NCBI GenBank assembly: GCA_013265495.1
Contig: MU058009.1
Coordinates: forward strand, 4,158,739 to 4,222,738
From: Vicugna vicugna
Taxonomy: Eukaryota
Length of the DNA stretch: 64,000 bases
Direction: 5' to 3'
Shown: positions 48,100 to 61,000 of the stretch, one piece after another
How positions within the stretch are numbered: position 1 is the stretch's first letter
How the letters are laid out: every line of letters starts with the position of its first letter
Notes under the pieces: generated by a model
What the model saw: only the letters and a program-made list of their open reading frames with translations
The model's database searches: none
What the model was told of the DNA's origin: nothing
Position numbers and translations under genes: made by a program

Positions 48100-49172
48100 T
48101 CTCTTTCCACAGCTGACACCTTGGCGTCGGCATCTCCACTGCCCTCCAGACTCACAGGATGACTACGTGAGGGACAGACCCCACGGACACTTAGAAGGAT
48201 AGTGCTTCCTCTGCATCCAAGGGGTGACTCCAACTGGCCATTGTGTGCCCGCGTCTAAAACAGAACTCCTGAGCTTTTTTTCCCCCTCTCAAACCCTGCT
48301 AACCAAGCCCCCTCGATCTCAGTGAAGAACGTTACCTTCCAGCCTGTTGCTCAGAACACATGTGTACCAGTCGGACTTTATTCCTTTTTCATTCTTCCTG
48401 CCAGCCATGCCGTCGCTCCCATTTCCTTCCCATCCACCAATTTTGTTGAGTTTACTTACAAAGTATGTCCCTAATCCACACTCTGATCCTTATCTCCACA
48501 GCCTCTAGTTGAAGCCACTGTCAGGAAAACTGGAGGAAACCATGCTGAGCCCCTGCCTGGCCCTCCTGCTGCCTTCATTCCCCCTTCACTTCGCTCGCCA
48601 CACGGAGGTCAAAGATACCTTTTCATCATTTTCATCACATAAATCCGATCACAGAGCTTCTCAGCCTAGAACCCTTCAGACCAAACTCTTCACACCAAGG
48701 TCCAGGGTGTCAAGACCTACAAGACCTGGCCCTGCCTTCCCCTCCACCAAGGTGCACGGTGTCCCCCAGGCCCCCTTGGCCCCCCGCCCTGGTCTCCACT
48801 CTGCTGCAGGACTGCACCCAACCCTCTCCTTCCTCGGCTCATGTGCACAGCTCTTCCCTCTGCTGTCTCCACGCTGCCCTGGGCTGGCTCCTGCCACCTA
48901 TCAGGTTGTGGGACAAAGGTTACCTCCTCAGAGTGGACTTCAGGGAAGACATCACCCCCACCCTCTGCTCGACCCTCGCTGTGCCCTAGTCCGTTGCTCC
49001 ACAAAGGCCTGGAGAGCTGCCGCTCCCTGAAACAGATGTGCACTTGATTCCTGTCTCCTCCACCCAGTAGAGAGGAGGCGTCTTGGGTCTTGTGAGGACA
49101 CCTCAGTGCCTGCAGCTGTGCCTGGCGGGAGCTCAGCTCCCCACAAACGTGCCGACTCGGTCAGTGAGTGAC
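48100..49172 (+). mobile_element. L2 LINE 3' portion (~1 kb, decayed)
   Basis: TCTAAAACAGAACTCCTGA...ATCTCAGTGAA...CCAGCCTGTTGCTCAG...CAAAGTATGTCCCTAATCCAC...CTCAGTGCCTGCAGCTGTGCCTGGC...GTGAGTGA. Confidence 0.75.
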
Positions 49173-49749
49173 TTCCTGACATCGTGGCACTCAGTGGTAC
49201 CTAGGGAGTCATGGATCGTGGTGATTTTGATGATACAATGATGTTCATGATGTCATGATGACTTTGGTCTTCCTGAGCACTGGAAAACTTGAGAAGTCGT
49301 GTCCTCTTCCAAGCTCTATATGCCTTTTCTCTGCCAAGGACAGTTACCTCTCTGGGGCTGAACTGTCCACCTGTGGCCGAGGTGTGATCACTGGACGCTG
49401 GCTGCTGGCCCCCAGCATCCTCATGGAGGCCGGCGGCGTGCGGTCTGGTGTCTTCTCTGTTTTGGATAAATGGCAGATCTTTTTCATCACATTCATGCTT
49501 AGTTGAAGTTTTGTGGCCAGAAGCAATGTAATATGAACTTCTAAAGTTTGAATTTTACATAAAAATGTGATCTTATTTCTGGATATACTTTCAAGAGCTG
49601 AATGAGTAGATGTAGGGTTGTGCCTTGAGCTTCTGCATCTACACACTGTACTTACGTCCTCTTCCTGAAGAGGACAGCCAGGAAGTTGAATTCTCACTTT
49701 GCGTTAACAAGAGAAGTGAAAATACAGCAGGACGGCTCTAAAGGTTTCC

Positions 49750-49772
49750 GTGTGTGTGTGTGTGTGTGTGTG
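49750..49772. repeat. (GT)n microsatellite
   Basis: About 11 GT units. Confidence 0.95.
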
Positions 49773-50635
49773 AAGAATATATACGTATACATATATGTGT
49801 CTATTGTCTGTATGTCTGTTTATCTACCTACCTGCCTTTCTTTCTACAGTTTTTGATCTCTTGGCTTTTTTCTCCTTTCTGTCTCTTTTTGTTGGAAAAA
49901 ATTGGGGTTTAAAAAAAAAAACAAATTTCAAACCTAAAACTCTTTAGAGCAGTGTGAGTGAAGAGAAGGCGCCTGTTACCCTGCGCTACCTTTAATAAGC
50001 TTAAATAAAGCTTTCATACAGCCTAGAGGTTTAAACACAAGGGCGAGCGCTGATGTCCGATGCAGTCCGTGGTCCTCTGCAGGCTAGGCAAGCCAGCAGC
50101 CCCTCTCTTGCTTGTAAAATGTGCATTGTCTTAGGAATATCAGGGAGCATTCCACGCACTCACCTTCTGAAGAGATGCAGGTGCCTCAAACGTCAAAGTC
50201 AACTGAAGAACAGGCAGCAGGCTTCAGAGCTTTTCCACCGAACGACTCCCTTGCCTGAGTTCTTCACGGGGTGCGAGAGGAAGCGTTTCTTCCAGCCAGT
50301 CAGCACCCACTGGGCTTGGAGTTGGCGCCATAGTCTTGATTATTAACCCGCAGCCTTCAGCGCACGTTTGCCATTTGCTGGCAAGCTTGTCCGTGAGTCG
50401 TGCTCGAGGCAGAGGGAGACCAGTTTGATCCCAAATAGGCATTTTGGCAAAGGAAGAGGGAAACTGTACTTTTTTCAGCAGAGACTAGAAATGACTCAGA
50501 CTGCAAGGAGCTGCCCTACCAGCAGCAAAAGGTCACTGCTTCCTCTCACGCCCCTTCCCCTGTGGCCGAGAACGAGCGCCACGCTGTTCCTCCGCCTCCG
50601 GCCACCCTGCACGGCCTTCTCTACGTGTGACCCCG

Positions 50636-51266
50636 GCCGAGACGGCCCTCTGCAGGTGCAGATGTCGGGAGCAGACCGGCACTGAAGGGGTCTTCCTCGT
50701 CTGTCGTGCCCACTGTAAGGCTCTGGACGGTAAGTGAGAGAAGCCAGTGTTTCTCAGCATTTAGACCAACCAGTTACACGTCTTGAAAGACAAGTTGCGT
50801 CAAAGGGTGCAGCTAACTTACTGGGGGCGGAGAGGGGATACAAGAGAAGAAAGAGAAGAACAGAAAAAGACATTTTCAGAAACCATTCATTTAGTACGTG
50901 GCACTTGTTAGAAAACCCCTTGAGTTTCGCTGAATCAACGGAAAGTGGTATTAGCCGAGACGGCCCTCTGCAGGTGCAGATGTCGGGAGCAGACCGGCAC
51001 TGAAGGGGTCTTCCTCGTCTGTCGTGCCCACTGTAAGGTGCTGGACGGTACATGAGAGAAGCCATTGTTTCTCAGCATTTAGACCAGTTACACGTCTTGA
51101 AAGACAAGTTGTGTCAAAGGGTGCAGCTAATTTACTGGGGGCGGAGAGGGGATACAAGAGAAGAAAGAGAAGAACAGAAAAAGACATTTTCAGAAACCAT
51201 TCATTTAGTACGTGGCACTTGTTAGAAAACCCCTTGAGTTTCGCTGAATCAACGGAAAGTGGTATT
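50636..51266 (+). repeat. Head-to-tail tandem duplication (317 bp + 313 bp)
   Basis: 50636-50952 vs 50954-51266 differ by 7 substitutions and one 4-bp indel. Confidence 0.95.
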
Positions 51267-51267
51267 T

Positions 51268-51388
51268 GGGGATTAACAGGTATATCTACTATATACAAAG
51301 CAGAGGAGCCGCGGACCTGCTGCACAGCACGGGGACCTCTATTCAGTTCCTTGTAATGAGCCGTAATGGAAGAGAACCCCTCCAAAAA

Positions 51389-51419
<31 letters not shown>

Positions 51420-51523
51420 TATATGTATGTATATAACTGAATCACGTTGCTGTACACCTGCAACCAACATTTGTAAATCAACTACATTGCAATAAAAAAC
51501 GAGAATAAAAGAAGATACAAAAA
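51268..51523 (+). mobile_element. 5'-truncated L1 3'UTR (cetartiodactyl-type)
   Basis: GGGATTAACAGGTATATCTACTATATACAAAG...GGACCTGCTGCACAGCACGGGGA...ATAACTGAATCACGTTGCTGTACACCTG...AAATCAACTACATTGCAATAAAAAA; TSD-like GAAAGTGGTATTT / GAAAGCGATGTTT (10/13). Confidence 0.9.
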
Positions 51524-53929
51524 GAAAGCGATGTTTCTGCCATGGGTGGGGCGTGGCTGGCCTCGTCAGCTCCGAGAAAGCAGAGCTTCCTGCTGAGCAC
51601 CACGTGGGCAGAAACGATCTCAGCCCTCCCTGCGTCCTTCCCCCGGGGAGGCCCCTGCTCTCCAGTCCCAGCCTCCCCAGGCCCTCGCAGGGCAAGGCTC
51701 CGGCCTGAACGCCTGTGTTGATGCAGTAATCCTCCCCTGGCCTGGGAGGTCCGTCCCTTCCACGCACAGACGCGTTGCAGGACAGCGGTCTCCCGTCCAG
51801 GGGAAGAGGCTGCTGGCCACCCACCACCCCAGGCTTCTGGTCAGGCCGGCTTTGAATGAAACTATTGCAACTCTGTTTTCTTACTGTAAAGATCACAGGG
51901 GTAATCGTCCTTGGTCACAGTTTGTGAACGAGCCAGAGGAGGTCGTGTGAGCTCCAGAAAAGTCCTGGAAGGCACTGGGTCCCTGCTGGGCCAGCTGGAC
52001 CGTCATTTACGCTTTTAGACAGAAGGAAAGGTTATCCCAGGAGAGACCCTGAAGGCTGCTCCTCCCACCTCTCCTCCCCGTTCTCGTTTCTGCGATTGTT
52101 TGGCTTTGCCCATCCCTCCAAGTATGTCCCGTTCGGTACATGTTGTGCACACTGCCTGATTGCCTCCGTCAAATCGAGGACTCGGGCGGGCCCTCTCCTG
52201 GCTCTCCTGGGGCCACGCAGCCCATCCCGCCTCACTGAGGAACCTCACCTGGGTGGCTGGTGAGATATTCAACCTGTGACTCACTTTTTAAATAACGTTG
52301 GAATCACAACCACAGCGGTAATAAATGCCTCTGTGATTTGCATTTAAATAGTATTTTCATCCACAGATCACAAAGAGGGAAGCTATCTTAACTCAACATC
52401 ATGACCTGAATTCTCTTCATCACAAAGCCGGCCCGTGTGCATCAAGTACAGATTCTCCCTCTGTGTCTCCGTCGGATCTGTGTACCCCACAGACTGAACA
52501 CGCGTTTCCCCGCGTTGGGATAGGAGGGCCCAGATGGCTCGGGCGTGCCCTGGGTCATCCTCCTGGCACACGCTTCCTGGCCAGCATCCCGTGAGCTCTG
52601 GCCACAGCACCTCCATCAGCTGGGAGACAGGGCGGGGCCTCCTCGCCTCCCAGGTGTGCACTCGGCACCGGGTGGCTGAGGAACTCACCCCTTGGGTTGT
52701 CAGCAGGGCCGCTCTGACCCGGGCGTGGTTGACAGGCAGCAGACACGGACCCCCGCGTCCCTGTGGCAGCCTCTTTGCAGAGCACGCTTGCTCTCTGAAG
52801 GGGCTCCTGCGCACCTCCTTGGGTTCATGACTTGTCGGCTCCCAGGGAGACAAGACAAAGCGCTGGCAGAGCTCAGAGCCGGGAAGGGCCTCCCAGTAAA
52901 CTCCAGGCACAGGACTTCAGCCCCACGGATGACATCTCCGCCCTGATTACCAGCTTACCCTCTGCCAGGGCCCTTCTCTCCAGCCTCAAGCCTTTTTCTC
53001 CCTTTTCATCTTTTGGCAAGAATCTTTTTTTTTCTTCCTGCTGCACCGTTGAACTTACTTCATCATCAACACATTTTCTCTGCCCCTGGATTCTTTAAAA
53101 GGCATCCTTTGAAGATGTGTTTCTATTCAGACGCAAGCTTTTGTTTAAAAAAAATAAAAGAGGTGTAAATATGGAATTGTATTGAAAAGGCCTCATCTTG
53201 CTTTAGACATGACATCTAAAAGTGTGTTTCAAATAAAGAGCAAGTGTTGTACAAGGCGTGTGTCAAGGCGGTTGGCTTCCTGTCGAGGGAGCCCGGGGCT
53301 GCTTGAAAGGCATTTCTGCCCCTGCAAAAGCTGCTCGGGTTTTGGATCCCCGCAAGTCCCAGTTTCTCTTCCGTACGTGTCCCTTCTGGTCTGACACGTA
53401 GGACCCTGGTTTGCTGTCACGTTTGGATTGCCGTAATTAACTCATTTCAATGAGGTGAAATTATTTTTCCAAAACTAATGACGCCACCCTCATGAACAGC
53501 AAGACTCCGTCCTGACTGGAGCTGCGCTGCTCCCTTCACGGCCCCCGCCTTCCCACGCGCCAGCCCTGGCGCTGGCGGCGTGGCGCCTTCGCAGTTCCGT
53601 GGGGCGGAGAAGAGCGCAGGGTGTCAGAGTTTGCCCTTTAAACCCGACCCTGCAGTAATGGGTGCCTGCAGGAGCGTGGGGGTCCTCTTCAGGATGATGG
53701 GACCCAAGTCCAGAAAGGCGGTCTGGCTTGCTCGAGGCCACAGGATGACTCCTGGCAGCCCCTGACGGCAGACGGCTCGGCCGGGCGCGCTGCACCTTCT
53801 GGTCCAAGGGGATTCTTGCCTGACGTGTGTCAGCTCCAGCGCTCGGGACCTGGGTGGTGTTGCCCTGTGGTCACAATTTAGCATGGAAACATGTCACGTT
53901 TGCCATACAAACTTCGAAAAGGCAGCTCG

Positions 53930-55027
53930 TTTTTTTTTTTTAAGCACAATATTTTTATTTTTTAAAATTTAATCGTAATTTTAAAAATTGAAGTACAGGT
54001 GATTTACAGTATTGTGTTAGTTTCAGGTGTACAGCAGAGTGATTCAGATATATATATAGAATAGAATATATATATATTCTATTTCAGATTCTTTTCCAAT
54101 ATAGGTTATTACAAGATACTGAACATAATTCCTGTGCTATGTGGCAGGTCCGTGTTGTTCTTCTGTTTTATGTACAGTAGTGTGTGTATGTTAGTCCCAA
54201 ATTCCTAACTTATCCCTCCCCTTTGCTTTCCCCTTTGGTAACAATAATTTGTTTTCTATGTCTGTGGGTCTACTTCTGGTTTGTAAAGAAATCCATTTGT
54301 CCTCTTTTAGATTCCACATGTAAGTGATACCGTTTGATATTTGTGTTTCTCTGTCTGATCACCTCCAGGTCCATCCATGTTGCTGCAAATGGCTGTATTC
54401 CATTCTCTTTTATGGCTGAGTAGTATTTCATTGTGTGTGTGTGTGTGTGTGTGTGTAGCACATCTTTTTTATCCAGTCATCTGTCGATGGACATTTAAGT
54501 TGCTTCCGTAACTTGGTTATTATAAGTAGTGCTGCTGTGAACACTGGGGTGCGTGTATCTTTCGGAGTTAGAGTTTTCTCTGGATATATGCCCAAGAGTG
54601 GGACTGCTGGGTCATATGGTAACTCTATTTTTAGTTTTTTAAGGAACCGCTATACTGTTTCCATAGCAGCTGTGCCAATTTACATTCCCACCAGCAGTGC
54701 GGGAGGGCTCCCTTTTCCCCACAGCCTCTCCAGCATTTGTCATTTGTGGACTTTTGAATGATGGCCATTCTGACTGGAGTGAGGTGACAGCTCATGGTAG
54801 TTTTGATTTGCATTTCTCTGCTAAGTAGCAACACTGAGCATCTTTTCGTGTGCCTGTTGGTCATCTCTGCGTCTTCTTTGGAGAGATGCCTGTTCAGAGC
54901 TTCTGCCCACTTTTTGATGGGGCGTATGCGTTTTGATGTGAGGTGTGTGAGCTGTTTGTTTTGGAAGTTAACCCCTTGCGGGTCACATCGCGTGCGGGCG
55001 TTTTCTCGCAGTCCGCAGGTCGCCTCT
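53930..55027 (-). mobile_element. 5'-truncated L1 (ORF2 C-terminal remnant + 3'UTR)
   Basis: Minus-strand translations PIKKWAEALNRHLSKED...[21 protein letters not shown]...[10 protein letters not shown] and MKYYSAIKENGIQPFAATWMDLE are L1 ORF2p; poly-T at 53930; TSD-like GAAAAGGCAGCTC / GAGAAGGCATTTC (10/13). Confidence 0.95.
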
Positions 55028-58000
55028 GAGAAGGCATTTCTGAAAGAACAGGCAGGCTCCACTGTGGAGGGGGGCCACCGCCATTTGTCTGGACTCGGTG
55101 ACATCTCTGACAGTTGGTGACTGTGCCTGAGGGCAGCCTTGGACTCCAGCGCTGGCCCGGGATCTGCTGAAGACGCCCCGACTCAGTGTCCCCCGACCAC
55201 CTACCTGGTTGTCCTGGCGTGAACTTAGTTGACAGAACGGTGATGTTCCCTTTCCCTCCTTGCACTGGTTAGAGCCCGGTCTTCCAGGGGTCGGGAAAGG
55301 CAGACCATCCCAAAGGCTGCCCAGCACCGCGGGCGCGCTCGGCTCCTTCAGCAGCCCCGCCCTGACCGTCCTGTCGGTGTCAGCTGTGCGCGGGCGTGCA
55401 CGGTGACCTGGACATGTCTGTCCTCCTGTTACACTCTCCCCACGTTCATCTTTTCTGCCCTGAGCTACAGCGTCCTCCAAGTTCAGCTCACGTGCGGTCT
55501 CCTCTGTTACTCTCGGAGCATCTTCCCTCCCTCCTCAACTTAGATCAGTACCTGTAACCGCCAGACACTGCTTTCGGTGTAACAGTAGGTGTGCTGGTTG
55601 CACTGGTGATGGAGGGGACGGAAGAGCCCAGGAACCAACCAGGAGACTCAAAGGCAGCCGGTTATATGACCCTCCTGCGTCTACGTGCAGCTCCAGGCTG
55701 GAGGCACCTGGGGAGGGGCACTGGTTTGAGTCAGGGGCAGTCCCAGACATCGGGAGCTGCACCGTGCAGGGAGGGGCTGGTACCCCAGGGAAACGCAGCC
55801 ATGGCTGGAGGTGCCACCGGAACAGAAGGGGAGGGCACCTCCAGCCCCATCCTTCCACCCTGGAACATCTGCTGAAGCCAGAGGATGAAGAAACCTGGGA
55901 GATGTTGGGAATGAGGTTCTCTGGACGCAGAGCAGAGGAGAGGGGGCAGGAAGTGAGCAAGGGGACAGATGCAGGGATGGCTAAGTCCCTTCTCTGGGCT
56001 CGCAGCATCCGCACGTACTGTCCCCGTTGTGGTCACCACCCTGAGTTCTCATCGTGGTTAGACTCACTTCACGGCCAGGATTCTCACACCTTGAGCACCT
56101 CGCACAGTGCCTGGCACAGAGAGAGACCGAAGGAATGAGCACCGAGGTCTGGGAAGTCGTGACGTCCTGTGGGAACGCCAGAGGCATGAAGTCCACTGAG
56201 GGCAGCTGACTTGCAGACCCCCCCTCACCACCCGGAGCCCCCCTTTTCCCTGGTTCCATCCTTGTTTGCAACTTGAAGATGAAAAGTAAAGCTGTTAATT
56301 AAAAGACTGTGAGTGACTACGCCGCAGGTGCAGAAAAGAAAGCAAGGCGCGGGGCCGGCCCGGTGAGAGGAGGGTGCATGCGGCCGTGTCCACAGAGGCC
56401 GCTGCAGAGCTCACGCTGACGTCTTCTCAGGAGGCGAGACTGCTTCCAGGGGTCCACTGACCACGACGAAATTCCCCAGCCCCCTGCAGTCAGAGAGGTC
56501 CGCAGTTCCTCAGTGGCTCCCATTTATTTCAAAGTATGCATTAGAGAATTTCTATCAGAAATCCAGAGGGTTCCGTTAAAAGTCGCGTTTCTCTGTGTCC
56601 CAGCTGTGTCCTGCCAGCCTGGCCGGCCCTCCAGCGGTGCGCATGGCATCCGGCCTTGCTATGTGAAGACAGAAGGCGTGTTTGCCTAGCTCCGTGGAGG
56701 GGAAGGAGACGCTGGTTTCCTCTTTTTGTTGTTGAGACTGAGAAGATGCGCAGGGTCTGCCAGGCTTTAGACAGCGGGCCGTGAGCGGGACCCCTCGGCC
56801 TGGGCTGTGTGCGCCCCCTGGTCAGCCTTACGGGCCAGGCCACCTCTGCTCCTTTGGCTTTTCCAAGCTTCTACTGTCAGAAAGACGGACAGGTCATCTT
56901 TGCAAAAGTGGAGGCTGTGCCTTAGCAAGAGGCTTTGCGATACCCTGAGACATAAAGCATCGTCAGTGTGACTAACGCTGAAGCCGCGGTCCTAGGAGGC
57001 CATTTGGTTTCTCCCAGGAAGAAGGTCCCAAAGGCCACGGCCCTGCTTGGCCGATGTAATACGCCCACAATAAAATGATAAGGCGGCACCACCGCCCGTG
57101 TCCCCGGCCTCCTTGCACTCGTTTACTTCTCCCCGTCGCACTGATCCGCTGATGCGTTTGCTTATCCGGTTGTGTGTGGGTGTGTAAGCTCCCGGAGAAC
57201 AGGGGCTCTGCCACTTCCTTTCCAAGTCACTGCTGTCTTCCTGGCGCTAAGGAAAGTCACACAGTGGGGGCCCAACACGTAGGCGTGCACAGGATAGCAC
57301 GCGTGTGAGACCCCGCCCTGCCTCAGGGCGGAGCGTAGCCAATGGTCACAGGTGTCAGTCTGGCTCCGTGCCGGGCCCCACCCCCCAGGTGCCTAAGTCA
57401 AAGCAGAAGAACTCGGGCTCCTCTGGAACCAGCGAAGTCCAACTCGGGACTGTCTTGAGGTAAATCAGTCTTGTCACTCCCAGCTGCCCGGCTCCACGTG
57501 GGTGTGGATTAACTACGGCACAATATAAAACACATTCCGTAGCGTCTTCGCAGTAGTCTGGGGGTCCTTGACCGTCTTACAGCCTAATTAAACTGTAGCT
57601 TCAAACATGGATTTCTTTAGTTCAAATGCGTAAACTAAGCAGAGAAGCCTGTTTTATTTTTAACCCCCCGACGCTGAAACCGGAAGACCGGCCGGTTCCA
57701 ACACCCCCGCGTGTGATTGGTCACCAGCGGCTTCAACCGATGCGCGGGTTTGGTCTAGAGAGCGGCTTCCTCCCGAGGGGAATGGCCGAGGACACACGAT
57801 GCGGTGTCAAGAGTTTGAGACGGGTGCGGACCGAGAGTGCAGGCTGAGGCTGAGACACGGCTGGGTCTCGGCACACCGCCCTCCCCGCGCCATGTCGACG
57901 GCGAAGAATGAGCCCTGACTCTGGCAGCCATGCACGTGAAACTGGCGAGGAGAGATGGGGACCCCAGACCTGGGCGCCCTCCTCAGGGGCCGCTGCCGAC

Positions 58001-61000
58001 AGTTTGGAGCGATCAGATCCTCCCTCACCCTCGTTTCCCCAAGAAGCCCCCCTCCCGGGAGCTGTGGGGAGGAGCCTCGGAACAGAGAGCCCAACCACGA
58101 GAAGAATGATGAAGTGGCCCTTTAAATATAAATCTCTGGAGCCCCACATGCCCCGGGTGGATGTTCCCTCAAGTATTCAAATGAGATTGCAGCATCAGAT
58201 TGGTATGCATTAGGCTGGTTTCAATGAAAATTAACATGTAATTGCTTCAAATGAAGTAAGTGAGGAGGTAATCTGTTCTTAAATTGGATTCCCAGGATTT
58301 TGTGGTACCATAATGCAGCTGTGAAATGAAATATATTTTAAGGATGATGTCCTCAAGGGGGTGCAGCGAGGAGGGAGAGGAGCAGCGAGAGTAGGTGGCT
58401 GAAGAGCCTCCCCCGGCCCCAGCCCGCCTCCTTCAGCTCGGTCTCCTTCTCCAGCCGCCAGTGGATGAAGAGCTAGTCCCCCACCCGTGGGCGGCTCCCG
58501 TCCTCTGTCTGCTCCCTGGACCCTGGACGGAAGCAGGCTCCCTGTGGGCAGCAGCGGGTCCTCCTCACCTCCTCACAGAGCCCAGAGCCGGGGCCGGAGG
58601 CACCGAGTACTCCCAGACGCTGTGGCCCTGTCGCCCCTCCGAGCTGGATGGAGGATGCCGATTCTGGGTGTGGCCCTGCGAGACCCTCCAGACGGGCGGG
58701 TGCTGCCAGGGCTGGTCCTACCGACCAGAGCGCACTGTGCAGCCGGAGAACTCCTGCTCGTGCTCCCGGCATCTCAGTGTGGGGAGGGGCCCGCTTGACC
58801 TCCTGGTGTCAGAGACGGGCTGGAGCAGCAGTAGCGTCAGAGCCAAATTCATAACCACTCCTCCTACCCCCGAGCCTGGGTCCGGCCAGACCTCGGCAGC
58901 CATGATGTGGACTGTGAAGTCCGGAGAGGAGCCTGGAGCCTGGGGATGGTTAACCTTTTTACACTCCAATCAAGGTGGGAGCAGCTGGGTGAGGAGTCAG
59001 TGCAGGTTAATGCATTAAATTGTTTGCCTTTGCCACCCTAAGCTGAAATGGGATTTTCAGCCACCTCCAAAACGAGCTGGCCGTCCTCTGGTCCTGTGGC
59101 CTCCCTCCCCTTCCCAAAAAGCCGTCTCTGATGGGCTCCAGGGACCTCCTGCGCCACGGCTGCAGGTGGGCAGAGATGTTCAGGGCTGTTAAGTGAAATG
59201 AGTCACCCGTCGGTGTGCAGGCAAAGCTGGGGCGAGGTGCAAGGCAGGGCTGCCGCCAGTCTAGATAGACCGCGTTCCCCATCGAGGGGCTGGGACCACA
59301 GAGTGAGGGCCCAGCAAGTGTTCCTCAGCTCAGCGGGAGACGGGGTTTATAACAGTCTGTGTAAGAATGTCTGCTTCAGTACGAGAGTCCCCGTCAGAGC
59401 GGGAGTGGGGAACTTCACAGGAGACGGGGAAGAATGAGGCTCCGCGGTGCACGGCCGAGTCAGGCCCTGCTGAGCCCGGCGGCCTCCCCGGCCCCGCCTG
59501 GGTTGCAGCTCAAGTGCGTTTCTGACGCTGGTCTTTGTTTCTCCCCAGGCTTGCTTGCTGTCTCCTTCCTGCACGTGTGGAACAGTTCTGGCTTTGAAAC
59601 CCATCAGAGCCAACGGCGTCTCCCCACGTACATGCGTTTGTCTCTCAGTATGTGTGACCAAGAAGATTTTTGAAAGGAGGCCGGAAGGGCCCCCTTCTCC
59701 TGTGGGATTGCTGGGCTGATGACTTCAGAGGGAGGAAGGTCCGGAAGCGAGGAGGGGGGAGAAGGGACAGCGCTGGTGTGCCCGCTGAGCTCGGGTCTCC
59801 CCGGAAGTGATGGGCTGAGACCCCCAACACCCTGCCGAGTGGCTTGGCTTCCTACCAGAGGCCCAGCCACGAGGGTGCAGAGAAAATCAGGTCTCGGCCG
59901 TGGGCAGGAGGCAGACTACTTACAATGTTGACGTTTCATTCTCACCTCTGGGTGCTTCCTGAGATGGGGTGTCTCCCCAACATGGGACAAATCATCTGTG
60001 TTGATGGGCCCCTCTTTTCATCTGGTGATGGGAGAGAAATGCCATTTACCTGTCTGCCCAGGGCTGCGTGAGGGTGAGAACCAGCCATCTGGCCCTCAGG
60101 GAGCCACGCCCGGAGCCATGCCCGGAGCCACCAGAGGGAGCGGGCGGTCTCTCCTAGGTCGTCCGCAGACGCAGGGTCTTCTTCACCCTCTGCGCGCGCT
60201 GGCCCCACTGCCACCCTTGGCAGGGCCTGAGCTACTCCAGCTGAGCCGAGGGAGGGGCGGGGCGGAAGCGACCGTGTGCGGGTACTGTGCGTATAACCCA
60301 CCAAGCGCGCGGATCTAGCTCCTGAGCGTCGCTGTCTTGTGTGAGTCCACCGGACAGCCATGCCTGCTGTCAGACTGCCACGGGGTCACCGTGCTCAGCT
60401 CGCCTGGCTTAACTCTCTTCCAAGTTTGCAGTTTGCAGAAGAAAAGTAGAAAAGGCCCTGGTTTTCTTCCCATTTTAGAGAGAGGGAAGGAGCGTTCGCT
60501 CCGGGAGCAGAGGAGGTGCAGTTCGTCTGAATCACCAGATAGTCCGCGTGAGGCCATCCACACGCCCTTCTCCGGGGACCTCGTTTGCTTTGACAATCCA
60601 GTCGGGGTCATGGGGTTAATGCCTTGCTCTTAAAAGGCACACCAACATCAGGTCCAAGTATAAAAAGTAAAACGTGAACTGAAACGCATCGGCCGTAACA
60701 GCCGTAGGCACCGCAGCCCCACACGGAGAGCGAAAAACCCCAAGTTGTGCTCGGACTGCCGCGGCCCCGGGGCCTGGTGCCACACAGGAGGCAAGGCGCT
60801 GAGCGGAAAGTGCCAAGTGAGGGGGCTATGACGCCGGAAGCACGAGGGACGGCTGGGGCGCTGGGGGGTCTGTTCCGCCCCGCCCGGGTGACCCATGAGC
60901 CCCCTCCCCGCGCCTCCCCTAAATTCTACTCCAGAGGCTCGAATTCTCATTTTATTTGCCTGTCCTGCATGTCATCGGTGTCCCCACACGGCTCTTCAGC

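Noticed and set aside
50734..51356. Two near-identical ORFs (PVTRLERQV...ESTESGI)
   Set aside because: They are by-products of the tandem duplication; the second runs into L1 3'UTR sequence.
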